Of a DNA stretch of 64,000 nucleotides, positions 18,771-27,969 are shown one piece after another. The notes beneath the pieces are model-generated. The model saw only the letters and a list, made by a program, of their open reading frames with translations. It did no database searches and was not told the DNA's origin. The stretch is taken from positions 1,344,001-1,408,000 of the forward strand of contig CAXXOU010000004.1 of the NCBI GenBank assembly GCA_963677495.2. Direction: 5' to 3'. The position numbers and the translations under genes are program-made. The number at the start of each line of letters is the position of its first letter. Position 1 is the first letter of the stretch. The DNA comes from Candidatus Cloacimonadales bacterium. Lineage in GTDB: Bacteria; Cloacimonadota; Cloacimonadia; Cloacimonadales; JAFGVF01.

Positions 18771-19363
18771 AGTTAATGATTGGTTCAAAGAACCCTGACA
18801 AGATAAAAGAGATTAAGGAAATTTTAGCAAAACTAAACCTTGATATTGAATTGTATTCTATGGCTGATTTTGATAATCTACCGGATGTTGTTGAGGACTG
18901 TGATTCAATAGAGGGAAATGCAATTAAGAAAGCAACTGAGCTTGCCGATTTCACTAAAATGCCAACTCTGGCAGATGATACTGGCTTTTTCATTGATGCA
19001 CTGGATGGAGCACCGGGTGTTTACGCTGCACGTTTTGCAGGGGAAAACTGTAGCTATAGAGACAACAGAAACAAAGCACTAAAACTGATGGCTGACAAAA
19101 GCGATAGAACAGCAAGTTTTAGGACAGTAGTTGCACTTGCTGAGCCTGGAAGGCTTGTTGGTACAGCTAAGGGTGAAGTTTTAGGAGATCTTACTCACAA
19201 TGAACACGGAACGAGCGGATTTGGTTATGATTCAATATTCAGACTCCGTGAAACAGGTAAAACATTTGGTGAAATGCTTCCGCAAGAGAAGCATGGTATC
19301 AGTCATAGAGGTAGAGCATTGAAGGCTGTATTACCCATTATAAAAGAGTATTTTAAAGTATAG
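18767..19363 (+). CDS. rdgB: Non-canonical purine NTP pyrophosphatase (RdgB/HAM1)
   Basis: SKNPDKIKE, ADDTG, GAPGVYAARF, GFGYDSIF, ISHRGRA. Confidence 0.95.
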   Translation: MKLMIGSKNPDKIKEIKEILAKLNLDIELYSMADFDNLPDVVEDCDSIEGNAIKKATELADFTKMPTLADDTGFFIDALDGAPGVYAARFAGENCSYRDNRNKALKLMADKSDRTASFRTVVALAEPGRLVGTAKGEVLGDLTHNEHGTSGFGYDSIFRLRETGKTFGEMLPQEKHGISHRGRALKAVLPIIKEYFKV

Positions 19364-19372
19364 GAGGATAGA

Positions 19373-19816
19373 TTGAAGAAAGCATTATTAGGATTATTGA
19401 TTTTAGCTTTATTGCTTTTCGTTGGCTGTAAGAAGGTAGATAGATTCCCGCAATTAGAGCAAAATGACCAAAAAGATGAGATAGTAGATACCGATAATAC
19501 AGACGATGAAGAAGAGATTTACATTTCTGATTCTGAGAAAGTTGAAGCTATGTTCGGTGAAGCACCTGAAGACGGTCCAACGCAGAATGTAGAAGAAGTT
19601 GGGACACTTAATGAACCTGAAAGCATTCCTGAAGGTGCCATCGTAGAGCAAATTGAAGAAGAGGAAACAGAAGAACTTGAAGTAATCAAGAAAGTAGAAA
19701 AAGAAGATTACGGCATCTATAAAAAGGTTGAGAAAGATAGTTTAGCTGATTTCAAGAAGAATGAAACAGATGAATATGAGAAATTTAAGAAAACTAAAAA
19801 GCTATTCGGCAATTAG
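19373..19816 (+). CDS. Acidic hypothetical lipoprotein
   Basis: TTG start after SD AGGAGG; lipobox LFVGC. Confidence 0.7.
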   Translation: MKKALLGLLILALLLFVGCKKVDRFPQLEQNDQKDEIVDTDNTDDEEEIYISDSEKVEAMFGEAPEDGPTQNVEEVGTLNEPESIPEGAIVEQIEEEETEELEVIKKVEKEDYGIYKKVEKDSLADFKKNETDEYEKFKKTKKLFGN

Positions 19817-19828
19817 AAGGAGTTTGTA

Positions 19829-21184
19829 ATGGTTAATCCCCAAATATTCAGACAATATGATATCCGTGGTATAGTTGGTACTGACCTTACTGATGATTCA
19901 GTTTATCTTATCGGTAAAGGATTTGGTACATGGTTAAGAAGAAGAGATCTTAAGTGTGTTACACTTGGTGGTGATGCAAGACTCAGTACTCCTTCCTTCA
20001 AGAAACAGTTTGCTAAAGGACTTATGGAAACAGGCTGTGATGTGATTGATATTGGTATTGTAGCTACCCCAATTATGTATTTCTCAATCTGGAGTATTGA
20101 TGCTGATGCAGGTGCTATGATAACTGCAAGTCATAACCCTTCTGAGTACAATGGCATAAAACTTAATAATGGTTTAGCAAGTGTTTACGGTGGTGAAATT
20201 AAAGAAATACTTCAATTCATATTAGATAAAGACTTCGAAACAGGAGAAGGTAGCTTTATAGAAGACACCTCTATTGAGAAGAAATACTTCGATTATGTAT
20301 TAGATAATATCAAACTCGAAAGACCACTTAAAGTTGTTGTTGACGGTGGTAACGGAATGGGCGGCCCATATCTCCCCTATCTTCTTAAAGAGATGGGTTG
20401 TGATGTAACAGAAATATTCTGTGATCCTGACGGCACTTTCCCTAATCATCATCCGGATCCTACAGTTCTTAAGAACAATCAACATCTTATTGCTAAAGTT
20501 AAAGAAGTGGGAGCTGATGCCGGTATCGGCCTTGATGGTGATGCTGATAGAATCGGTGTTATTGATGAAAAAGGTAACATGCTTTATGGTGACCAGATTC
20601 TCAATATCCTAGCCAGAGACTTCCTGAAAGATAATCCCGGAGAACCTGTACTCGCTGACGTTAAGTGTTCAAAGAACCTATTCGACGATATTGCAAAATA
20701 CAATGGTAAACCTATCATGTATAAAACGGGTCATGCTAATATTAAGAACGAGATGAGAAGCAAAGGTATCAAAGTAGGTGGAGAGATGTCAGGTCATATT
20801 TTCCTTAAAGACAGATTCCTTGGTTTCGACGATGCTATCTATGTTAGCTGTCGTTTTGTAGAGATTATGTCTCGCACAAAAGAACCTGTAAGCAGCTTCT
20901 TAGCAGACCAGCCTAAGATGTATAATACACCTGAATTACACATCAAAGTACCTGAAACTGATAAGTTCAATATCGTTGCAAAGATTGTACAGAACTTCAA
21001 AGATGAAGGCTACAATGTTAATGACATTGATGGTGTAAGAGTTACTTTTGAAGATGGTTGGGGTTTATGTAGAGCTTCAAACACAACACCTGTACTTGTG
21101 CTCAGATTTGAAGCCACAACAGAAGCAAGAATGAAAGAGATAGAAGCATTGTTCAATAAAAAGCTGGACGCTATTCTCAAGTAA
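19829..21184 (+). CDS. Phosphomannomutase/phosphoglucomutase (AlgC-like)
   Basis: FRQYDIRG, ITASHNP, DGDADR, GEMSGH, RASNTTP. Confidence 0.95.
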   Translation: MVNPQIFRQYDIRGIVGTDLTDDSVYLIGKGFGTWLRRRDLKCVTLGGDARLSTPSFKKQFAKGLMETGCDVIDIGIVATPIMYFSIWSIDADAGAMITASHNPSEYNGIKLNNGLASVYGGEIKEILQFILDKDFETGEGSFIEDTSIEKKYFDYVLDNIKLERPLKVVVDGGNGMGGPYLPYLLKEMGCDVTEIFCDPDGTFPNHHPDPTVLKNNQHLIAKVKEVGADAGIGLDGDADRIGVIDEKGNMLYGDQILNILARDFLKDNPGEPVLADVKCSKNLFDDIAKYNGKPIMYKTGHANIKNEMRSKGIKVGGEMSGHIFLKDRFLGFDDAIYVSCRFVEIMSRTKEPVSSFLADQPKMYNTPELHIKVPETDKFNIVAKIVQNFKDEGYNVNDIDGVRVTFEDGWGLCRASNTTPVLVLRFEATTEARMKEIEALFNKKLDAILK

Positions 21185-21205
21185 ATAGACTTAGTTTTAA
21201 CTTAT

Positions 21206-21243
21206 ATGCAGGAAAGTGATTATTTGCTTTCCTGCATTACTTT
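21206..21243 (+). terminator. Hairpin, possible terminator, between PMM and ABC-F genes
   Basis: ATGCAGGAAAG/CTTTCCTGCAT inverted repeat followed by a short T run. Confidence 0.55.
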
Positions 21244-21260
21244 AATTAGGTGGTATAAAG

Positions 21261-23132
21261 ATCGGACGCATATTAATTACAGCTGAATATTTATGTAAAG
21301 CTTTCGGAGAAAAGACAATATTAGAAGATTGCTCCTTCGGTATTCACGAAGGCAGCAAGATTGGTATTATCGGTGCTAATGGTGCCGGGAAAAGTACTCT
21401 CATGAAGCTGATAGCAGAGGTTATCCCTCTTGATGATGGCAAGCTCACATACAGAAATCAAATACGAGTTGCCTATCTCCCCCAAAATCCTGAATTTGAT
21501 GAGAAGAACAGCATTATAGAGCAAGTCTATGAGTCAGATCACCCCCATTTCGATATAATCAGACAATACCACCACGTAAGACTGCAACTTGAAGCTTGTC
21601 CTACTGATGAGTTAACCAGTCAACTAACTGAGCTTAGTGAATTTATGGAAGTTAACAAGATTTGGGATATTGAATCTGAAGCTCGTTCCCTACTTTCGCA
21701 GTTTGGTTTGAAAGATTTCGATAAATCTGTTTCGCTACTTTCAGGTGGTCAAGGCAGAAAGCTTGATATTGTGCGTACTATCCTTGGTAAACCTGATGTA
21801 TTGCTTCTGGATGAGCCCACCAACCACCTTGATATCGACACTATTGAATGGCTACAAAACTATCTGGTAGAGTACAATGGAACAATTATGTTTGTTACAC
21901 ATGACAGGTACTTCCTTGATTCAATCTGTAATATGATTGCTGAGGTAGAACGTGGTCAAGTCCATTGGTTTCAAGGCAACTACTCCTATTATGTTGAGAA
22001 GAAACAGAACCAGATTATCGACATGAACCGTAAGGAAACACGTCGCAAAGCCCAACTTCAGAAGGAGTTGAAATGGTTACAGCGTGGAGCTCAAGCTCGT
22101 ACTTCAAAGCCTAAAAACCACATTGATAGAGTTAAAGAGCTTTTAGACAAATCATACCTTGTCGAGAATAAAGAGCTTGAAATCTCTTTTACAAGTCATC
22201 GTCTTGGTAAAACTATTCTTGAAATAGGTCATCTAAATAAAGCTTATGGAGATGAAGTTCTTTTAGATGATTTCTCTCACATGTTCCAGAAGAATGAGAG
22301 AATTGGTATTCTCGGACCTAACGGTTGTGGTAAAACTACCCTTCTGAAGCTCATAACAGGGGAAATAGAGCCCGATTCAGGAAAAATTAAGGTAGGAGTC
22401 AACACACATTTTGCTTATTTCTCACAAGCCTTAGAGGAGCTCCCACCGGAAAAGAGAGTTTTAGAGTATATTACTGACTTCGCTGAAAACATTCGTACAA
22501 AAGATGGCGTATTGCATTCAGCAACAGAGATGTTAGATCGTTTCCTCTTTGATGGTAAACACCAGCAAAGCAAGATTAAGAGCCTTTCCGGTGGTGAAAA
22601 GAAGCGTCTATATCTTCTTAAATCTCTCATGTTCGGTTCTAACTTCATTATCCTTGATGAGCCAACAAATGACCTTGATTTGAAAACATTAGAGATACTG
22701 GAAGACTATCTTGATGCTTTCAAAGGTTGCGTACTGGTAGTATCACATGACAGATACTTCCTAGATAGAGTCGTGGATGAACTCTTTATCTTTGAACCGG
22801 GTAAGGTTCGTAAGTTTGCAGGAAACTATTCAGATTACCTTCTCGTAAAGCGTTTCCACAAAAGCGAAAAGCTTGAGAAGAAGAAAGCAGAACCGATTAA
22901 AGAGAATAAACCATCTAGTAAACTATCATACAAATTTGTCAGAGAGCTTGAATCTATTCAAATAAGAATTGAAGAGATAGAAACACGACAAACAGAGCTA
23001 TCTGATACTATAAATACTAAAGCTGCTGAACTCACAGCAGATCAGTTCACAGAGATAGATGAAGAGAACAAAGCTCTTGAATCAGAGATGGATGATCTAC
23101 TCATGAGGTGGGAAGAGATAGAATCAATGTAA
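21261..23132 (+). CDS. ABC-F family ATPase (Uup-like); probable non-canonical ATC start
   Basis: Two ABC domains; first Walker A (GANGAGKST) lies upstream of the first ATG at 21402; no in-frame ATG/GTG/TTG back to the stop at 21243; SD AGGTGG 7 nt before ATC 21261. Confidence 0.85.
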   Translation: MGRILITAEYLCKAFGEKTILEDCSFGIHEGSKIGIIGANGAGKSTLMKLIAEVIPLDDGKLTYRNQIRVAYLPQNPEFDEKNSIIEQVYESDHPHFDIIRQYHHVRLQLEACPTDELTSQLTELSEFMEVNKIWDIESEARSLLSQFGLKDFDKSVSLLSGGQGRKLDIVRTILGKPDVLLLDEPTNHLDIDTIEWLQNYLVEYNGTIMFVTHDRYFLDSICNMIAEVERGQVHWFQGNYSYYVEKKQNQIIDMNRKETRRKAQLQKELKWLQRGAQARTSKPKNHIDRVKELLDKSYLVENKELEISFTSHRLGKTILEIGHLNKAYGDEVLLDDFSHMFQKNERIGILGPNGCGKTTLLKLITGEIEPDSGKIKVGVNTHFAYFSQALEELPPEKRVLEYITDFAENIRTKDGVLHSATEMLDRFLFDGKHQQSKIKSLSGGEKKRLYLLKSLMFGSNFIILDEPTNDLDLKTLEILEDYLDAFKGCVLVVSHDRYFLDRVVDELFIFEPGKVRKFAGNYSDYLLVKRFHKSEKLEKKKAEPIKENKPSSKLSYKFVRELESIQIRIEEIETRQTELSDTINTKAAELTADQFTEIDEENKALESEMDDLLMRWEEIESM

Positions 23133-23169
23133 ACTCTTTCTAATCAGTAGTTTGCATCCACTTATCGAG

Positions 23170-23847
23170 CTATTTACTGAGTCGTTTCTTTTTCTTCCTC
23201 GCTACCCTCTGTGCAGCCATCCTATAGATTCTTTGGTAAGCAACATTATCAGGACTTGCCTTAAGAGCTATCTCAAGGTATGGTAATGCTTTTTCGTAGT
23301 CATGGGAGTCCATGATTATTGAAGTACCCATAAGGTAATTTATTGTAGCATTCTCTCGGTCTAAACCAACAGCTTCTTCTAAGCTGGTAATAGCATCACC
23401 AAACTCTTTATTATCATACTTGAGTAGAGCGTGTTTAAGTAACTTCTGGACTCTTATATGAAGGTTCCTCTTCTCAGAATCCATCATTGTAGCCAAATAC
23501 TTCTTATAGTTGATATTGGTAGGATGCTCCTTAACAAGGGTTTTCATAATACTAACTGCTTCTTGCCAATCTTCAGTATGAAGCTTACATTCAGCCATAG
23601 ACACTTTAGCAATCTCATTATTGGGATACACTTCCAGAACCTTAGTTAAGTAAGACTCTGCTTCCCCGTATTTAGCACAGGAAAGCAAAGTCAATGCATA
23701 GTTATATTGGTTTTCGGGACTGTTATCAATTAAAAGAAGCTTCTCAAAGGTTTTAGAAGCCTTTTCGATTCTTCCACGCGTCATTAAATTCTGTCCCTTT
23801 ATTCTGAGACGTTTCTTTCTGAAATCTTTCAACATCTCCATTACCAT
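23170..23847 (-). CDS. TPR repeat protein
   Basis: Multiple TPR-like helix pairs; start overlaps upstream stop (TAATG). Confidence 0.75.
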   Translation of the reverse strand: MVMEMLKDFRKKRLRIKGQNLMTRGRIEKASKTFEKLLLIDNSPENQYNYALTLLSCAKYGEAESYLTKVLEVYPNNEIAKVSMAECKLHTEDWQEAVSIMKTLVKEHPTNINYKKYLATMMDSEKRNLHIRVQKLLKHALLKYDNKEFGDAITSLEEAVGLDRENATINYLMGTSIIMDSHDYEKALPYLEIALKASPDNVAYQRIYRMAAQRVARKKKKRLSK

Positions 23848-25610
23848 TATTTCTTCTCCGTTTTCTTCAGCATTATCTGGTTGTATAAGTCGCTGTTTTG
23901 TAACAACTCCTGATTAGAACCTTCTGCTTTGATAGTTCCTTCGTCAAGAACAATTATTCTATCAGCATGTTTTGCAGTTGCTAAACGGTGAGTAACTACA
24001 ATACTTGTCAGGCTCTCATTCATATCTCTAAGTTTCATCCAGAATCTGTTCTCTGTCTCTGCATCCATAGCTGCAGTACAGTCATCCATAAGAATAACCT
24101 GTGGCTTACGAATCAATGTTCTCGCAATTGATAACCTCTGCTTCTGACCACCCGATAGGCTGATACCTTTCTGTCCCAACTTAGTATTCATCTTCAATGG
24201 GAAAGCGTTCACTTCATCTGTCATTAATGATATATCAAGACTATTCATTATCTCCTGCTCATTAAACTCGTTACCAAGCATTAGATTGTGATGTATAGTC
24301 TCACTGAAGAGAATATTCTCCTGTCTGATATATCCAAACACTTCTCCAATATCTTTACTATTGAATTCATGGATATTCTTACCATTCACATTGATAACAC
24401 CATGCGTTGCTTCCAAGTTCCCTGCTATCAGCTCAAGAAGAGTAGTTTTACCACTACCTACCTTACCGACAACAGCTATTGTCTCTCCCCTCTTCACGTG
24501 GAGATTTATATCTTTCAATACAGGCTCTTCCGCATCAAAGAATTGGAAGCTCAAGTCTTTCAACTCTATTGTATCAGCAGAACTGAGGTTCTTATCACCT
24601 GTTTCATGATGTCCCACAGGGAAGCTATCAGCAGTTTCATCCAATCTATCAACATATTTAAACACCTGCTTAGAAGATGCATAGAACCAGGATAATGTCC
24701 AGATAGGTTCAATCAGTCTACGCATATATGTGATAAATAGTAGGAATGTACCCAATGTTATTGATCCCTTAATTACGAGGATACTTCCTAAGAATATCAC
24801 AACTATGCTTCCGGCATGATTCACCAGCATGGAATAGAAATGGATAACCTGATTCATCTTAAGGAAATTCTTTTCCTTAGTGATTCTTTCATCCAGAGCT
24901 TCATTATATTTCTTCAACTGGTCATCTTCACTGATAGTTGTCTTAATCACTCTTATTCCTGAGAAACAAGCTTCCAAAATATTATTACATGTTGAAATGG
25001 ATTTCTGTCTTTCAAGCGTGTACCTTGTCATTTTATCTTCAGCTTTTGCCAGTATCAACACAAGAAACGGCAAGAGCACGAAGGATGACAATGTTAGTAC
25101 AATCGAGTAGCTGAACATCACCCCAAGTGTCATACCAAGAATCAGAATTGCTTCCAATGGACGCATTAATCCTGAGCATGAGTACCAACAAAGTCTATCC
25201 CAGTCACCATCTATATCTGCTGTTAAACGTGTAAGAAGGTCACCTGTTCGGAACTTCTTAAAGAATGCACTAACCTTATTCGTATAGAGGTGATAATACT
25301 TATTCCTTAAGTTACGAGCAAAAAGGTTATTCATTAAACCTCTGGAATAAGGTAAAGCATGCATCACAAACTCATGTATCACTGTAAAGATAAGGTAAAT
25401 CCCTATCATGTGATACACATTCGCAGGAACATAATCTCCTGTGAGCTCATCAATTATGTTCTTCAATAAGACCGGATAAGCAGTCTTAATTCCAATCGTT
25501 ATTATAGTAAAGAGCACGACACCAGTAATCTGCAATGGATATTCTCTCCAAAGCTTGAAGAACCATTTGAAATAGTATACCGTCCTTTGGTTCTGTTTAG
25601 AGTTCATCAT
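23847..25610 (-). CDS. ABC exporter half-transporter (TMD+NBD), MdlA-like subunit
   Basis: GKVGSGKTT, LSGGQKQR, Walker B ILMDDC; probable start 25610 after SD GGAG. Confidence 0.88.
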   Translation of the reverse strand: MMNSKQNQRTVYYFKWFFKLWREYPLQITGVVLFTIITIGIKTAYPVLLKNIIDELTGDYVPANVYHMIGIYLIFTVIHEFVMHALPYSRGLMNNLFARNLRNKYYHLYTNKVSAFFKKFRTGDLLTRLTADIDGDWDRLCWYSCSGLMRPLEAILILGMTLGVMFSYSIVLTLSSFVLLPFLVLILAKAEDKMTRYTLERQKSISTCNNILEACFSGIRVIKTTISEDDQLKKYNEALDERITKEKNFLKMNQVIHFYSMLVNHAGSIVVIFLGSILVIKGSITLGTFLLFITYMRRLIEPIWTLSWFYASSKQVFKYVDRLDETADSFPVGHHETGDKNLSSADTIELKDLSFQFFDAEEPVLKDINLHVKRGETIAVVGKVGSGKTTLLELIAGNLEATHGVINVNGKNIHEFNSKDIGEVFGYIRQENILFSETIHHNLMLGNEFNEQEIMNSLDISLMTDEVNAFPLKMNTKLGQKGISLSGGQKQRLSIARTLIRKPQVILMDDCTAAMDAETENRFWMKLRDMNESLTSIVVTHRLATAKHADRIIVLDEGTIKAEGSNQELLQNSDLYNQIMLKKTEKK

Positions 25611-27360
25611 GTGCTCCCATTTGGGTTCTATATAGTTTTGCGTATTCACCATCAAGGTTGAGTAGCTCAATATGAGTTCCCTCTTCTACTACTCTACCTT
25701 CTTTGATTAATACGATCTTGTCTGCATGGACAATTGTAGATAATCGATGTGCAATAATAATCGATGTTCTACCTTTAAGTAGTTTCTCCATACTTAATCT
25801 TATTTTCTCTTCTGTATATGGATCTACTGAACTTGTAGCTTCATCCATGATAAGTATCTCAGGGTCAAAAGTAAGTGCTCTCGAGAAGGATAACAACTGT
25901 CTTTCCCCGAAGCTAAGGTTTCCACCCTCTTCAGCTACCGGTGTATCAAATCCTTCCGGCATCTTGTTTATTATATTATCAATCCCCATCAACTCAGTTG
26001 CATGGTGTGCATTCTCTTGCGGTATATCTGATCTTAACACTCTCAGGTTATCGAGTACAGAACCGGGGAACAGATAGATATCCTGCAACACAAGACTCAT
26101 TAGTGACCTTAACCTCTTACGTGATACGGAGCGTAGGTCGTGACCATCAATAGTAATCTTACCTTTCTGTGGGTCATAGAACCTTGCGAGAAGCGATATC
26201 GTTGTAGTCTTACCTGAACCGGTAGGTCCTACAATCGCTAAGGTCTTTCCCTTCTTAATGGAGATGTTAACATCCTTAAGCACAGGCTTCTCCGGATCAT
26301 AAGCAAAGCTTACATTCTCAAACTTAATCTCATCTTCGAATGTGAACTCACTATCCTCATTTCCATCTAAAAGCTCAGATTCAGTATCTAAAATCTCAAA
26401 GATTCGATCAGTAGCACTAAGCGCTCTCTGTACCTGACCAATCTGTTCAGAGATCATTATCAAAGGCTCAATAGCCATCATTAGATAAGTAACAAACATC
26501 CAGACTGTACCGATAGTAATGGAATCGGCTTGAATCCATGTTACACTCTTATAAAGCAACAATATTATAACCATTTGAGGTAAAAGCATTACAAAGAACC
26601 AGAGTCCCTGATCCAAAGCTTCAAGCTTAACCAGCATCTTAAAGAAGTCATGATTAACTGCTCTGTTCTTTGCTCGTGACCAATCAAGATTATTCAGATT
26701 TCTTAACACTGGTATGCTCTTCAGGTGCTCTCCAAGAAAACCTGAAATCTGCGCATACTTCTCTCTCTCCTGCCTATATAGAGGACGCATAACTTTATAA
26801 AAAAAGACAGCAACTCCTGCATAAACAGGGACTAATGCTAACACGACAAGCGTAAGACTCTTGTTAGTCATAAACATGATTGTGAAGGATATAATGATAT
26901 TCAGAATAGCCCATACGAAGTTCAAACCAATTGATGAGAACAGCATATATAGCTTCTGAGAATCACTTTCAACTCTACTGATAAGTTTACCTGGAAGGTG
27001 CTTATCGTAGAAGCTGATTGGTAAATCCAGCAGATGCCTTAGTATCTTCTGCTTCAAATCATTCACAATTTCAATTCCCATATAGCCGACTATGAGAGAC
27101 TGGATGTACTGGAATCCGCCCTGTAAAACCAGGAGACCAAGATAGACCACACCGATTGCTATAATCTGTGTCATCACCTTAGATGGAATAGCTGTATCCA
27201 AAAGGTGACGGAACACTAATGGCAGTGCACTGGTTAGACCGGTGGTTAGCACTACCAGTATAACTGCAAGTGATAACTGTTTGCCATGTCCTTTGAAGAA
27301 GGGTACTACCCGTTTCAAGGAAGACAATTTAGGCTTATTCACACTACTTTTTTCTTTCAT
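25597..27360 (-). CDS. ABC exporter half-transporter (TMD+NBD), MdlB-like subunit
   Basis: GPTGSGKTT, LSFGERQ, ILIMDEATSSVD, IAHRLST; probable start MKEKSS at 27360. Confidence 0.88.
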   Translation of the reverse strand: MKEKSSVNKPKLSSLKRVVPFFKGHGKQLSLAVILVVLTTGLTSALPLVFRHLLDTAIPSKVMTQIIAIGVVYLGLLVLQGGFQYIQSLIVGYMGIEIVNDLKQKILRHLLDLPISFYDKHLPGKLISRVESDSQKLYMLFSSIGLNFVWAILNIIISFTIMFMTNKSLTLVVLALVPVYAGVAVFFYKVMRPLYRQEREKYAQISGFLGEHLKSIPVLRNLNNLDWSRAKNRAVNHDFFKMLVKLEALDQGLWFFVMLLPQMVIILLLYKSVTWIQADSITIGTVWMFVTYLMMAIEPLIMISEQIGQVQRALSATDRIFEILDTESELLDGNEDSEFTFEDEIKFENVSFAYDPEKPVLKDVNISIKKGKTLAIVGPTGSGKTTTISLLARFYDPQKGKITIDGHDLRSVSRKRLRSLMSLVLQDIYLFPGSVLDNLRVLRSDIPQENAHHATELMGIDNIINKMPEGFDTPVAEEGGNLSFGERQLLSFSRALTFDPEILIMDEATSSVDPYTEEKIRLSMEKLLKGRTSIIIAHRLSTIVHADKIVLIKEGRVVEEGTHIELLNLDGEYAKLYRTQMGAHDEL

Positions 27361-27874
27361 TTGTGGATTCCTAATAATTATTTGTTTTTTGCCGTAACTA
27401 AGGGATATGTGCACACTTTTTGATATTGTCTATTCTGGCAATCTTTTTCTTAATCTTTGTTGTGTGACAACTTATATAGCTAATTTACTGTTTTATAGTT
27501 AACTATATAATTGACTTTAGATTGCATCTCCCCCTATTCTATTCTCAATAAAAGTATTTATTGGTATAACCGATTAGGCATAAACTGAAAACACAAAGCA
27601 GAATATTACTTAACCTCAAGATAGAATTTGTACTTGAGAGAATTCTTATCAATCTAGTGATATTTTTCTTAGCAAAACCAGTTTCTACTCCAAACTAAGG
27701 AAGATTTTTGTGTAAAATAGAGACTATCTAAATATCATAATCATACGATACATCATCCCTATATAGAGAAGATAAGGCATAATCAGTTTAGTATGTTTTT
27801 TTGTTAGTTTAGATTATTAACTTTCTAATTCTACTTATCAATCACAGCTTAGAAGAAATATGCACCAAAGAACA

Positions 27875-27936
27875 CTAGCAATCCCATTCATCATCTGCTA
27901 ATTTCTATTGACAAGAAATTCTACTGCAAATAAATA
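27875..27936 (+). promoter_or_regulatory. Degenerate CIRCE-like operator and sigma70-type promoter upstream of htpG
   Basis: CTAGCAATC-N9-ATCTGCTAA (consensus TTAGCACTC-N9-GAGTGCTAA), then TTGACA (27908)-17 nt-TAAATA. Confidence 0.5.
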
Positions 27937-27969
27937 GTATCTGAAATCAATATTAAAAGGAGTTTGAAG

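Noticed and set aside
27415..27870. Long AT-rich intergenic region as a possible replication origin or ncRNA
   Set aside because: No DnaA-box cluster or stable structure seen; consistent with divergent promoters.
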